Assembly: GCA_000091165.1 (NCBI GenBank)
Contig: FP565575.1
Location: 1,830,001-1,862,000 of the forward strand
Reading direction: 5' to 3'
Origin: Candidatus Methylomirabilis oxygeniifera
GTDB taxonomy: Bacteria > Methylomirabilota > Methylomirabilia > Methylomirabilales > Methylomirabilaceae
DNA length: 32,000 nucleotides
Under the pieces are notes generated by a model, which searched no databases, was not told the origin of the DNA, and was given only the letters and a program-made list of their open reading frames with translations. A program made the translations under genes and the position numbers. Positions 1 through 8,161 of this stretch are shown one piece after another. Positions within the stretch are counted from its first letter, which is position 1; every line of letters starts with the position of its first letter.

Positions 1-496
1 GGAGATCTTCCCTTACGACATTTCTCCACCGAGCTGAGTCTAGCCGTGGTATGACAAGGTGTCAAGGGGGAGGATGGGAGGCAACCTATACCGAGCACCG
101 GAGTTCTCGACCACCGAACCGGGTAAATTGTCCCAGGAATCCCATTCCTTGCGATCCTCGACGCACTATTATAAATTGCGTACCTCCATCGAGTTCTCCA
201 AGCACTGAGATGAACGGGATGCTCGTTGCAATCCCCACCCTTAAGAATTCTGTGAACACGATACTGCTTTCATCTTGACTCCTTACGGGTAGTCTCATGC
301 CTTTTCAGCATAGGTAGGATTTTTGGAGTGTAAGCTTAGGCAAATCGGGGTGTTTGAGCAGGCGACCTTCCTTAGACATGCATATTGTATCCACCTATCA
401 CCCATTATTACATATCCTACGCGCATATATTAGATGCTCTATTACTATTCTAGTATGTTTCCTATTTCCACATAATAAACAATCACAGTTAATAGT

Positions 497-525
497 TTGT
501 TATTTTCTCAGTACCGTCTTATGGT
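497..525 (+). promoter_or_regulatory. Candidate sigma70 promoter (TTGTTA-17-TATGGT) upstream of the sensor kinase
   Basis: TTGTTA at 497-502, 17-nt spacer, TATGGT at 520-525, in AT-rich intergenic DNA about 40 nt before the kinase start. Confidence 0.35.
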
Positions 526-567
526 ATAGTTCTGTTTGGTAGTCTTCTCACCTGTCAACGCGGGAAT

Positions 568-3129
568 GTGATGGACCAACTGGTCAAGAGTCTCTTTACC
601 ATAATAGGCGGTTCGTCCGGGATGCGGTCTTCCGACCCCGACCAGCTCCTCGGAACCGTTCTGGATGAGGTCCTGAAGGCGGTTGACGATGCGGTCCTTG
701 GCTGGATCTGCCTGGTCCGCGATCTCTCGGACCATGTAAACCGATCTGCCGTCACAGCGTTGCCGCAGGACTCAATCTATCTTGCGGCCGTACGGCACAT
801 CGGTAAAGAGACTCCTGCGCCTGCCGCCGTCGCCTGCCCGGACTGCTCCTGCCGTCGGTTTCTCGCCGGCGCCGATTCGCCACCCAAGCACACCATCATC
901 GATCATTGTCCGCATCCAACCTTATCCGAGCCGTTGACCGGCGCTCACGCGTGCGTCTCCCTTTTTGCGCAGGATCGGCCGATCGGTGTGCTGAATGTCG
1001 CGAAGGCTGGGTCTGCGTCCTTCTCTGATAGTGAACGATTGTTCCTCCAGACTGTCGCGAGCCAACTGAGCGCCGTGCTGGAAACCGCCGGCCTGATCGG
1101 TGAGACGCAGGTCAGACTCAAAGAGACGCAGACACTGCTCGAAGTGACTCACTCCGCCAATTCCACCCTCGATCTGCAAGAGGCTATCCGACGTATCGCG
1201 CGAGCAGTCGCTCGTGTGGTTGCGGCCGATACTGCAGGCGCTTATCTGTTGGACAGCCATGACAGATATCTCGTTCCGTTTGCGGGCTATCATCTGCCGA
1301 AACACCTTTTAGAGCCGCTCAACAAAACATGGATTCCCGTCAAAGGATTTCAATTTGTTGAAGAAGCATTTACGACAAAGGCGGCCGTCTATGCCGATAA
1401 TACCGACACAGACACTCGATTGGATCATTCGGTCTTTCGCGTATTTTCTGCTAAATCAGGTCTTTTTGTTCCGATGCTCGCGAAGGATAGGATCGTAGGC
1501 GGGTTCTTCGTCATCTGGTGGACACATGAGCATCACTTTACTAAAGACGAGGTGCGTTTGGTTGATGTCATCGCTCGACAGACTGCGATCGCCATCGAGA
1601 ACGCCAAACTGTTTGAAGAGTCTCGCACACATGCTCAGGCTGCTAAGGCCTCAGAGGAGAAGTATCGACTGTTGGCTGAACACGTCCGCGACGTGATCTA
1701 TGCGTTGGACGCTGAGGGGCAATTTACGTACGTCAATACTCGAGTCATGGAAATACTCGGCTACACGCCGGAAGAGTTGTTGGGCCACCCGTATACGGAC
1801 ATCCTTACGCCGACAAGCCAGCGCCAGGTCCTGGAAATCTTTGCTGGGGCAGTCACAGGCAATGATCCGATCGGCTTCTGTGAGCTTGATATGGTGAAGA
1901 AAGAGGACGCCGTGTTGGTTCCGTTCGAGATCGGCATGGTGACGATTCGGGATGCTTTGGGCCGGCTGATCGGCTGGCATGGGATCGCGCGGGACGTGAC
2001 AGAACGGAAGCAGTTAGAACAGCAGCTTCTTCGGGCCGAAAAGCTCCGAGCCCTGGGTGAAATGGCGTCCGGGGTCGCCCATAATTTTAACAATGTCCTG
2101 GGCGCCATCCTGGGGCGGGCTCAAATCCTTCGTCGGGCGGTCCAGGATCCGGAGGCACAGCGGGGGCTCGATGCGATTGAAAAGGCGGCACTGGATGGGG
2201 CCAATATGATCCGTCGCCTTCAGCACTTCACACGCCAACGGCGAGACGAAGAGTTCTTCCCGGTGGATCTTAACCAGGCGGTCAAGGACGTGCTGGCCAT
2301 GACCGAGACCAAGTGGAAGGATGAGGCCAATCTCGCCGGAACAACGATCGAGGTGATAACCGGCTACGGTAAGATCTCCTCTGTCATGGGCAATATCTCA
2401 GAACTCCGGGAGGTCCTGACCAATCTGATCTTGAACGCCGTCGAGGCGATGCCGTACGGCGGCACGCTCGGCTTAAAGACTGAAGAGATCGATGGGTGGA
2501 TCTGCGCCAGCGTATCCGATACGGGAATCGGGATGACCGACGATGTGAAGTCGAAGGTGTTCGATCCGTTCTTTACCACGAAGGGGGTCAAGGGGACCGG
2601 ACTGGGACTCAATGTGTCGTATGGAATCATCAGAGGACATCATGGCGAGATCGCTGTGCAGAGCCGACCCGGGCAGGGTACGACCGTATCGATCAGGCTG
2701 CCGATTTCCTCCGAACTCCGATCGATTCCACAGCCCACACCGTCGCCATCCGTCAAAGCGGGACACATCCTGGTCATCGACGATGACGACTTGGTCCGCG
2801 AACTCCTCTCCGAACTCCTCCGTGCGGCCGGCCATACCGTTGTTCAAGCAGGGGGCGGCCTGGAAGGGATTCGTCTTTTCCAGCAAGGGAGCTTCCATCT
2901 TGTCCTGACCGACCTTGGTATGCCGGAGTGCTCAGGTTGGGAGGTGGCTTCGACCATCAAGAAGATCGCTCCTCGCACCCCTATTGTGCTTATCACCGGG
3001 TGGGCACTTACGCTCGATCGGACGAAGCTCAGGGAGGCCGGGATTGATCTGGTCTTGAATAAGCCGTTCCAAATCGTTGACGTCATGGCGCTCGTCGCGG
3101 AGGGGCTAGAGCTTCGCGAAAAGATCTAG
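568..3129 (+). CDS. Hybrid sensor histidine kinase (GAF-GAF-PAS-HisKA-HATPase_c-REC)
   Basis: 853-aa ORF. PAS-like 'YRLLAEHVRDVIYALDAEGQFTYVNTRVMEILGY', H-box 'EMASGVAHNFNNVLGAILG', N-box 'LTNLILNAVEAMPYGG', G-boxes 'DTGIGM...GLGLNVSYGI', and a C-terminal receiver 'HILVIDDDDLVRELL...LVLTDLGMPECSGWEV...TGWA...KPF'. Confidence 0.93.
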   Translation: MMDQLVKSLFTIIGGSSGMRSSDPDQLLGTVLDEVLKAVDDAVLGWICLVRDLSDHVNRSAVTALPQDSIYLAAVRHIGKETPAPAAVACPDCSCRRFLAGADSPPKHTIIDHCPHPTLSEPLTGAHACVSLFAQDRPIGVLNVAKAGSASFSDSERLFLQTVASQLSAVLETAGLIGETQVRLKETQTLLEVTHSANSTLDLQEAIRRIARAVARVVAADTAGAYLLDSHDRYLVPFAGYHLPKHLLEPLNKTWIPVKGFQFVEEAFTTKAAVYADNTDTDTRLDHSVFRVFSAKSGLFVPMLAKDRIVGGFFVIWWTHEHHFTKDEVRLVDVIARQTAIAIENAKLFEESRTHAQAAKASEEKYRLLAEHVRDVIYALDAEGQFTYVNTRVMEILGYTPEELLGHPYTDILTPTSQRQVLEIFAGAVTGNDPIGFCELDMVKKEDAVLVPFEIGMVTIRDALGRLIGWHGIARDVTERKQLEQQLLRAEKLRALGEMASGVAHNFNNVLGAILGRAQILRRAVQDPEAQRGLDAIEKAALDGANMIRRLQHFTRQRRDEEFFPVDLNQAVKDVLAMTETKWKDEANLAGTTIEVITGYGKISSVMGNISELREVLTNLILNAVEAMPYGGTLGLKTEEIDGWICASVSDTGIGMTDDVKSKVFDPFFTTKGVKGTGLGLNVSYGIIRGHHGEIAVQSRPGQGTTVSIRLPISSELRSIPQPTPSPSVKAGHILVIDDDDLVRELLSELLRAAGHTVVQAGGGLEGIRLFQQGSFHLVLTDLGMPECSGWEVASTIKKIAPRTPIVLITGWALTLDRTKLREAGIDLVLNKPFQIVDVMALVAEGLELREKI

Positions 3130-3164
3130 CAGAGTGTGAGGGCCGCACACACTCTGCTAGATCT
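3122..3164. terminator. Perfect 17-bp inverted repeat with 9-nt loop between convergent genes, probably a bidirectional terminator or 3'-end stabiliser
   Basis: AGATCTAGCAGAGTGTG (3122-3138) / CACACTCTGCTAGATCT (3148-3164). The kinase stop codon TAG (3127-3129) lies in the left arm. Confidence 0.6.
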
Positions 3165-3177
3165 GTACCGCGTTGTG

Positions 3178-5631
3178 TCAATTGGCCCGCTTGGCAAGCC
3201 ATTCGGAGATGATCGGCCAGATCTCCCGTTGAGCTCGACGACTCGTCATGATCCGCGCATGGCTGTAATCCTCTCCGTACCCTTCGGATTTGGCGCAGAA
3301 CATCATCTGCTTATCCTGACCGCCTAACGCATTGTAAAGTCGGCGACATCCCTCATACGGAGCAATGAACCGGTCGCCTCCTCCGGCAACACAAAGCGCG
3401 GGAACAGTGACCTGTCCGAGACCATCGAGGTAGTCGAAACCGTCGTGTCCGGTCCACCGACCGTTCCAATTCCAGCGAAACCACTGATTCATCACGCCGC
3501 GAAATTCATTTTCCGGCCCCAACTTGAACAATGGTCCCGGCGCATATCCGAGCAGATTGTTACCTACAGCGCTCAGGGCGATCTTTGCCCAGCCTGACCA
3601 GGTCATCCCCGCATCCGTTGCCTGGCTGGCCAGCGTGACGATACCCTTGACCCGCATGAGCGCTTCAGGATGTCGCGCCAGGTGCATAAGAAGCACGAGG
3701 CCGCCGCCGCTGTGTCCGACCCAGAAGAGCGGTTTGTTCTGAGTGTTGTGCCGCACCGCGCCAAGCGCCGCCGGGACATCCAGTTCGCTGAATCGCTCGA
3801 AGTCCGGGTGAGTAGGCCCTACCTCGCTTCGACCGTGGCCCCTGAGCTCCAGGACCCAGCAGTCAAAGCCGTTTTCGGCAAGGTATGTAGCGAGTCTTTT
3901 ACAGGTCTGAGCGTTTGAAAATGTTCCGTGAGAGAGAACGACGGGAGAGTCGTGCCAGACATCGCCGCATACCCTCAGCAGTGAGAGTTCAACACGATCG
4001 CTGGTCAGCTCTCGATACCATGTGAGTGTGGTTGATTCACGTTGCCGTCGGATCGGAGGTCTGAGATCAGAGACGACGCCTTCGGATCGACTTCCCACTT
4101 CCACGCTGAGGCGAGCTTCTTCTGTATCCCGTTCTTGCCGGATCACTGTACCTGTGGGCGGTTGCGACGCCAGTAGGAACGCAACTTCCTGGACGGACGG
4201 CGCCGGACTTTTCTCCTTCCTCATCTCCTCTGTCCGCTCGTACGCGAGCAAGCCCTGGATCAATGGGGTATAGAACACCCCGTCGCCCACCAGCGTCACC
4301 TTATTGCGATCGACCTCAGCCCATCCTTTCTCGACGAGCGCCTGCCAGATATCGGCGTACTCCTCCAGGAGGTTGACCCTGAAAAGCTCATTGTATAGAG
4401 CGACATCGACGCTCATGCTCTGGAGCATCTGGAAAAGGGTGGCAATCCCCAGATCCTTATGTGTGTAGTGGAATCCTCTTTCAGTCGGGAATCGACTTTC
4501 GTCAAGACGGCCAAAGTACTCTCCCGCTTTGGTGGAGTTCATATAGATCCATCCCGGCATTTCCGGGGTCCCTGGAAAATAAGTGACGCCGGCGAACCCC
4601 CAGCCCCACATATCGTACCCGACAATTCCGTGATCTGCGTCGCGGGCAAACGCCTGCCGCATATTTTCCTCGAACCGATACTCGCCTGAAAGTCCAGGGG
4701 TCGTTTTCTCCCAGTCGTAGGCGGTCACCTGTCGGTACCCACGGCTTTCCAGAAACTGTTTGGAGACGCGGTACATCTCAAGATTCTGCTCAGTCGAAGG
4801 AAGTTCGTCCCGCCTATGGCGTGCGAAATCGGTCCGGCCGGCGACATTCAGCTCGTAGTGCGTAATATGACCGATGCCTGTTCCGACGATCGCCTCCAGG
4901 TCCTTCAGCATCAATTCAGTCGTCTGTTGCGGCCACCCGAAGATCAGATCGACGCTGCTCCGGAGCCCGAGTTCCTCGCACCACTGGAGCGTCTGAAACG
5001 CGTGTCTGGCCTTCTGCTTCCGTCCGCTCAGCTTGATCATCTCGTCATCAAGCTGCTGTACGCCCATGCTGATCCGGTTGATCCCGGCTGCTTTCATCGC
5101 AGCAAGTTTCTCTCTGGTAAAAAGCTGGGGAATCCCTTCTAGTGTGATTTCGATGCCGGGAGGAATCGTAGGGAAGACGTCTCGTACGATCCGCATGAGC
5201 CTGTGGTAATCGTCCGGCCTGTAGAGGTTCGAGGTGCCTCCCCCAAAATAGATGCCGGCGAGCTGTTCGTCCTCAAGAAAATGTTGATACCGTCGCCCTT
5301 CCGACTCCAGATACTTCAGATAGCTGTCGAGTTGGGTTTGCCCCTGATACACTTCACTGGGAAACAGGCAGTAGCCGCACCGTTCAGGATTGGTGGGAAG
5401 GCAGTAGGGTGTACCGATATACACGTTGAGCCGCTTTGGTATCGCCGCATTTGCCATCCTCCGCTCGACCATGACCTCCTTTATCGGCACATCCCGCTCC
5501 AGCCAAAAGAGCGGGGAAGGATGAGCGTGCAGGACCCTGTTGCTCTGTCGCCGCGTCCGCTGCTTCTCGATGTAGTCATATGCCCCGTTGACGTGATGAC
5601 CGTAAGTTGCCTGACCGCTTACGCTGCTCAT
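3178..5631 (-). CDS. HemW/HemN-like radical SAM protein fused to a C-terminal alpha/beta hydrolase
   Basis: 817-aa ORF. N-terminal part 'RLNVYIGTPYCLPTNPERCGYCLFP', 'GIYFGGGTSNL', 'GINRISMGVQQLDDEMIKLSGR', 'SVDLIFGWPQQT' is HemW-like. C-terminal part 'PVVLSHGTFSNAQTCKRLATYLAENGFDCWVLELRGHGRS...FWVGHSGGG...DYSHARI' is alpha/beta hydrolase-like. Confidence 0.85.
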   Translation of the reverse strand: MSSVSGQATYGHHVNGAYDYIEKQRTRRQSNRVLHAHPSPLFWLERDVPIKEVMVERRMANAAIPKRLNVYIGTPYCLPTNPERCGYCLFPSEVYQGQTQLDSYLKYLESEGRRYQHFLEDEQLAGIYFGGGTSNLYRPDDYHRLMRIVRDVFPTIPPGIEITLEGIPQLFTREKLAAMKAAGINRISMGVQQLDDEMIKLSGRKQKARHAFQTLQWCEELGLRSSVDLIFGWPQQTTELMLKDLEAIVGTGIGHITHYELNVAGRTDFARHRRDELPSTEQNLEMYRVSKQFLESRGYRQVTAYDWEKTTPGLSGEYRFEENMRQAFARDADHGIVGYDMWGWGFAGVTYFPGTPEMPGWIYMNSTKAGEYFGRLDESRFPTERGFHYTHKDLGIATLFQMLQSMSVDVALYNELFRVNLLEEYADIWQALVEKGWAEVDRNKVTLVGDGVFYTPLIQGLLAYERTEEMRKEKSPAPSVQEVAFLLASQPPTGTVIRQERDTEEARLSVEVGSRSEGVVSDLRPPIRRQRESTTLTWYRELTSDRVELSLLRVCGDVWHDSPVVLSHGTFSNAQTCKRLATYLAENGFDCWVLELRGHGRSEVGPTHPDFERFSELDVPAALGAVRHNTQNKPLFWVGHSGGGLVLLMHLARHPEALMRVKGIVTLASQATDAGMTWSGWAKIALSAVGNNLLGYAPGPLFKLGPENEFRGVMNQWFRWNWNGRWTGHDGFDYLDGLGQVTVPALCVAGGGDRFIAPYEGCRRLYNALGGQDKQMMFCAKSEGYGEDYSHARIMTSRRAQREIWPIISEWLAKRAN

Positions 5632-6063
5632 GGTACCTCCTCCTTCTGCATAGCCCGCCCTCCGATCTGGAGGAACGGGGATGGCTGGTCGGACCCGGTC
5701 CAGGCTCTGAACAGAGCCTTCCAGCGTTGATCGAGTGAAGTGACATTTTTTCTTAGTCTTAGAATGGTGTCATAAGGTCGCTATGAGTGAGCGCCTCAGT
5801 GATACGAATAACCTATTTAACTGGATACAATGCGCGAGACAGCAGTTGTTATTGAGGATAAAGCAGGTGGGTATATGCAAGAGCGGTGCTACGTATGGTC
5901 GAGCAAAGTACATTAATATCTAATTGATGCAGATGTATCAGATAAAGACATGATCGGACCAGAGTAACCTATACGATCGAAGCGTACAGGGCGACTCAGG
6001 CACGGCGGATCGGATTGAATTGGAGGATTGGGATATGAAAAAACGAGGGGAGCGGGGAGAGGC

Positions 6064-6903
6064 TTAACCTGGGAGGAACTCCGGACGGATTCGCGTGGTG
6101 ATCACACCCTGTTCCCAGGCCATATTAAGAAGACGTTCAAGGCCCTGTCGGCTTTCCTGATTCCAGGCGCGAGTGTCCTCATTGACATACATACCGACGA
6201 ATCGGTCGGCCAGCGTCGCCTCCATACCGCGGCCAAACTGTATCGCGTAATCGAGCGCCTGCTGTCGGTGCGCCAAGCCATAGTCGATGCTGGCCTGAAG
6301 GTAGTTCGAAACTTCCAGACAACACGACTCACCAAGGTCCTTACGGATGGCGTTCGCCCCGAGCGGCAACGGCAATGCGGTCTGCTCGTACCACCAGGCA
6401 CCGAGGTCCACCAACTTAGTGAAACCACCGGCCTCGAAGGTGAGCTGGCCCTCGTGGATGACCAGTCCGGCATCCGCCTCGCCCCTGTCGACTGCGTCGA
6501 ACACCTGATCAAAAGGGACCTCAACGGCTTGAAACTCACTCAGGTACAGCCGCAGCGCGAGGAATGCCGTCGTCAACATACCGGGAACGGCAATTCGCTT
6601 ACCACGAAGCTCGGCAGGATCGAACCTCCGCTTCGCCACAATGATCGGTCCATAGTTCCGTCCGATGCTGGCGCCATGGGGCAACAGGATGTAGCGGTCG
6701 GCTACATAGGTATAGGCATGAACCGAAAGCGCGGTCACCTCCAGCCTGCCTTCCAGCGCCCACCTGTTCAACGTGTCGATCGCTTCGAGGATGTGCTGGA
6801 AGCGAAACCGACCCGTATCGAATCGCTCCTTGGCCAAGGCGTAAAACATGAATGCATCATCCGGATCCGGACTATGTCCGATCCGGATAAGACGTGTCTC
6901 CAT
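6064..6903 (-). CDS. mqnD: 1,4-dihydroxy-6-naphthoate synthase of the futalosine menaquinone pathway
   Basis: 'METRLIRIGHSPDPDDAFMFYALAKERFDTG...' and 'LPLPLGANAIRKDLG' are typical of MqnD. The ORF is open from 6993; the start at 6903 matches the conserved N-terminus best. Confidence 0.88.
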   Translation of the reverse strand: METRLIRIGHSPDPDDAFMFYALAKERFDTGRFRFQHILEAIDTLNRWALEGRLEVTALSVHAYTYVADRYILLPHGASIGRNYGPIIVAKRRFDPAELRGKRIAVPGMLTTAFLALRLYLSEFQAVEVPFDQVFDAVDRGEADAGLVIHEGQLTFEAGGFTKLVDLGAWWYEQTALPLPLGANAIRKDLGESCCLEVSNYLQASIDYGLAHRQQALDYAIQFGRGMEATLADRFVGMYVNEDTRAWNQESRQGLERLLNMAWEQGVITTRIRPEFLPG

Positions 6904-7176
6904 ATATTGTCCGTCCTGTAGTCCTGTCATGGGGTATCCCAGAAATCGCCTAATGCTGAGATCATTCGGACTGAGCCCGTCGAAGCCCCACACGTCCCTG
7001 TCGACAAGCCCAGGGTGAGCGGAATGTGTGCACGAATCCCGAGGATCAACATAAGTCTACGTTATTCAGGATCTCATGACCACCGTTTTTCTTCGTTCTC
7101 CTTTATACATCGGGATTGAGGTGGGCGCAAGGGGTGATTGAAGATTCGTCCGCTTTTAGCGGTTGACTGATTATTC

Positions 7177-7205
7177 TTGACAAATGCGCGAGCGGTGACT
7201 ATTAT
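7177..7205 (+). promoter_or_regulatory. Strong sigma70-like promoter upstream of rpsU (TTGACA-17-TATTAT)
   Basis: TTGACA at 7177-7182, 17-nt spacer, TATTAT at 7200-7205. Confidence 0.75.
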
Positions 7206-7251
7206 GAACCGTTTGTTGGTCTGAGGGCTTCGTTGACGTTTTTTTGAAAGC

Positions 7252-7281
7252 ACCGCGAGGACCAGGGGCTCGCGGTTTTTT
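7252..7281 (+). terminator. Intrinsic-terminator-like hairpin in the rpsU 5' leader
   Basis: ACCGCGAG (7252-7259) / CTCGCGGT (7269-7276), with a T-run at 7276-7281. Confidence 0.6.
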
Positions 7282-7337
7282 CGTTTCTAAGACCCTGATC
7301 ATATCAGCAGAAACCGACGCTGTGATGAAGAGGGATA

Positions 7338-7619
7338 ATGGCTCTTGACGATATTACAGAGGATACGATCGGGGGTTCGAGGCCCGATAAAGGCGGTCGA
7401 CATCGCCCTCTCGAGGTCAAGGTAGACGGTCGAGGGGTCGAATCGGCTATTCGGCTCTTCAAGAAGCTCGTTCTGCGCGATGGGATTCTCAAGGAACTGA
7501 AGCGAAGAGCGCATTACGAGAAGCCGGGGGAGAAGCGTCGCCGAAAGGTTCGAGAGGCCGCGCGCAGGCTTCGCCGTCAGGCGGCTCGCGCGGTTCGCCG
7601 CGACCAGTCGGAATTCTGA
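7338..7619 (+). CDS. rpsU: 30S ribosomal protein S21 with N-terminal extension
   Basis: 'LEVKVDGRGVESAIRLFKKLVLRDGILKELKRRAHYEKPGEKRRRKVREAARRLRR' is the S21 core. An AGAGGGA Shine-Dalgarno sequence precedes the ATG. Confidence 0.88.
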   Translation: MALDDITEDTIGGSRPDKGGRHRPLEVKVDGRGVESAIRLFKKLVLRDGILKELKRRAHYEKPGEKRRRKVREAARRLRRQAARAVRRDQSEF

Positions 7620-7736
7620 GTCTCCCAAAGATTCGGGAGGAGAAAGCCGGCCATGGACGACGGGACCATGGCGACGGCGTCAATTGAACTGCCCGTAAAA
7701 AGTCGGCCCGAGGCCGACGAAAGGAGTTTCGAGAGC

Positions 7737-8075
7737 ATGGGGACACGAGTGTATGTGGGCAATCTCCCGTTTGATACGGATGAAGCTGCGCTCCGCACCC
7801 TCTTCGAAGAGGGTGGACGTCGGGTCGCTGATGTGAAGATCATTACCGACCGGGATACCGGACGAGCCCGTGGCTTTGCCTTCGTTGAGATGGAGAATCA
7901 AAGCGACGCCCAGGCTGCTATCCAGGCATTGAACGGACGACAGGTCGGGGGTCGCGCCCTGACAGTCAATGAGGCGAAAGAGCAGGCCCCTCGCCGGGGA
8001 GGCGGAGGCGGAGGCGGATTTCGCAGTGGTGGTGGTGGTGGCGGTGGTGGTGGCCGCAGGCCCCGCGGCTATTAG
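7737..8075 (+). CDS. RRM-domain RNA-binding protein with glycine-rich tail (cyanobacterial Rbp-like)
   Basis: 'TRVYVGNLPFDTDEAALRTLFEEGG...ITDRDTGRARGFAFVEM' carries RNP2 and RNP1, followed by a poly-Gly/Arg tail. The ORF is open from 7653; the MGTRVYVGNLPF start fits the family length better. Confidence 0.88.
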   Translation: MGTRVYVGNLPFDTDEAALRTLFEEGGRRVADVKIITDRDTGRARGFAFVEMENQSDAQAAIQALNGRQVGGRALTVNEAKEQAPRRGGGGGGGFRSGGGGGGGGGRRPRGY

Positions 8076-8102
8076 TTAGATAGGCAGCGCGCAATCTTCA
8101 AA

Positions 8103-8139
8103 GAGCAGGCCCGGGTGGATCAGGCCTGCTCGGTTTTTT
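8103..8139 (+). terminator. Rho-independent terminator after the RRM gene
   Basis: GAGCAGGCC (8103-8111) / GGCCTGCTC (8123-8131), then GGTTTTTT. Confidence 0.88.
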
Positions 8140-8161
8140 CAGCACAGCTTGACTCTGATCG

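Noticed and set aside
51-298. Small ORFs on both strands at the left edge
   Set aside because: No motif, Shine-Dalgarno sequence or domain. A fragment of a truncated gene cannot be excluded without more sequence.
800-960. Cys-rich segment in the first GAF domain (CPDCSC...HCPHP) as a novel metal site
   Set aside because: As I recall, similar CxC...C patterns are frequent in GAF domains of bacterial sensor kinases, so this is not treated as novel.
6028-6921. 297-aa plus-strand ORF
   Set aside because: Antisense to mqnD, which has clear family motifs.
7954-8070. GGT/GGC-rich tract as a DNA repeat element
   Set aside because: Explained by the glycine-rich tail of the RRM protein.
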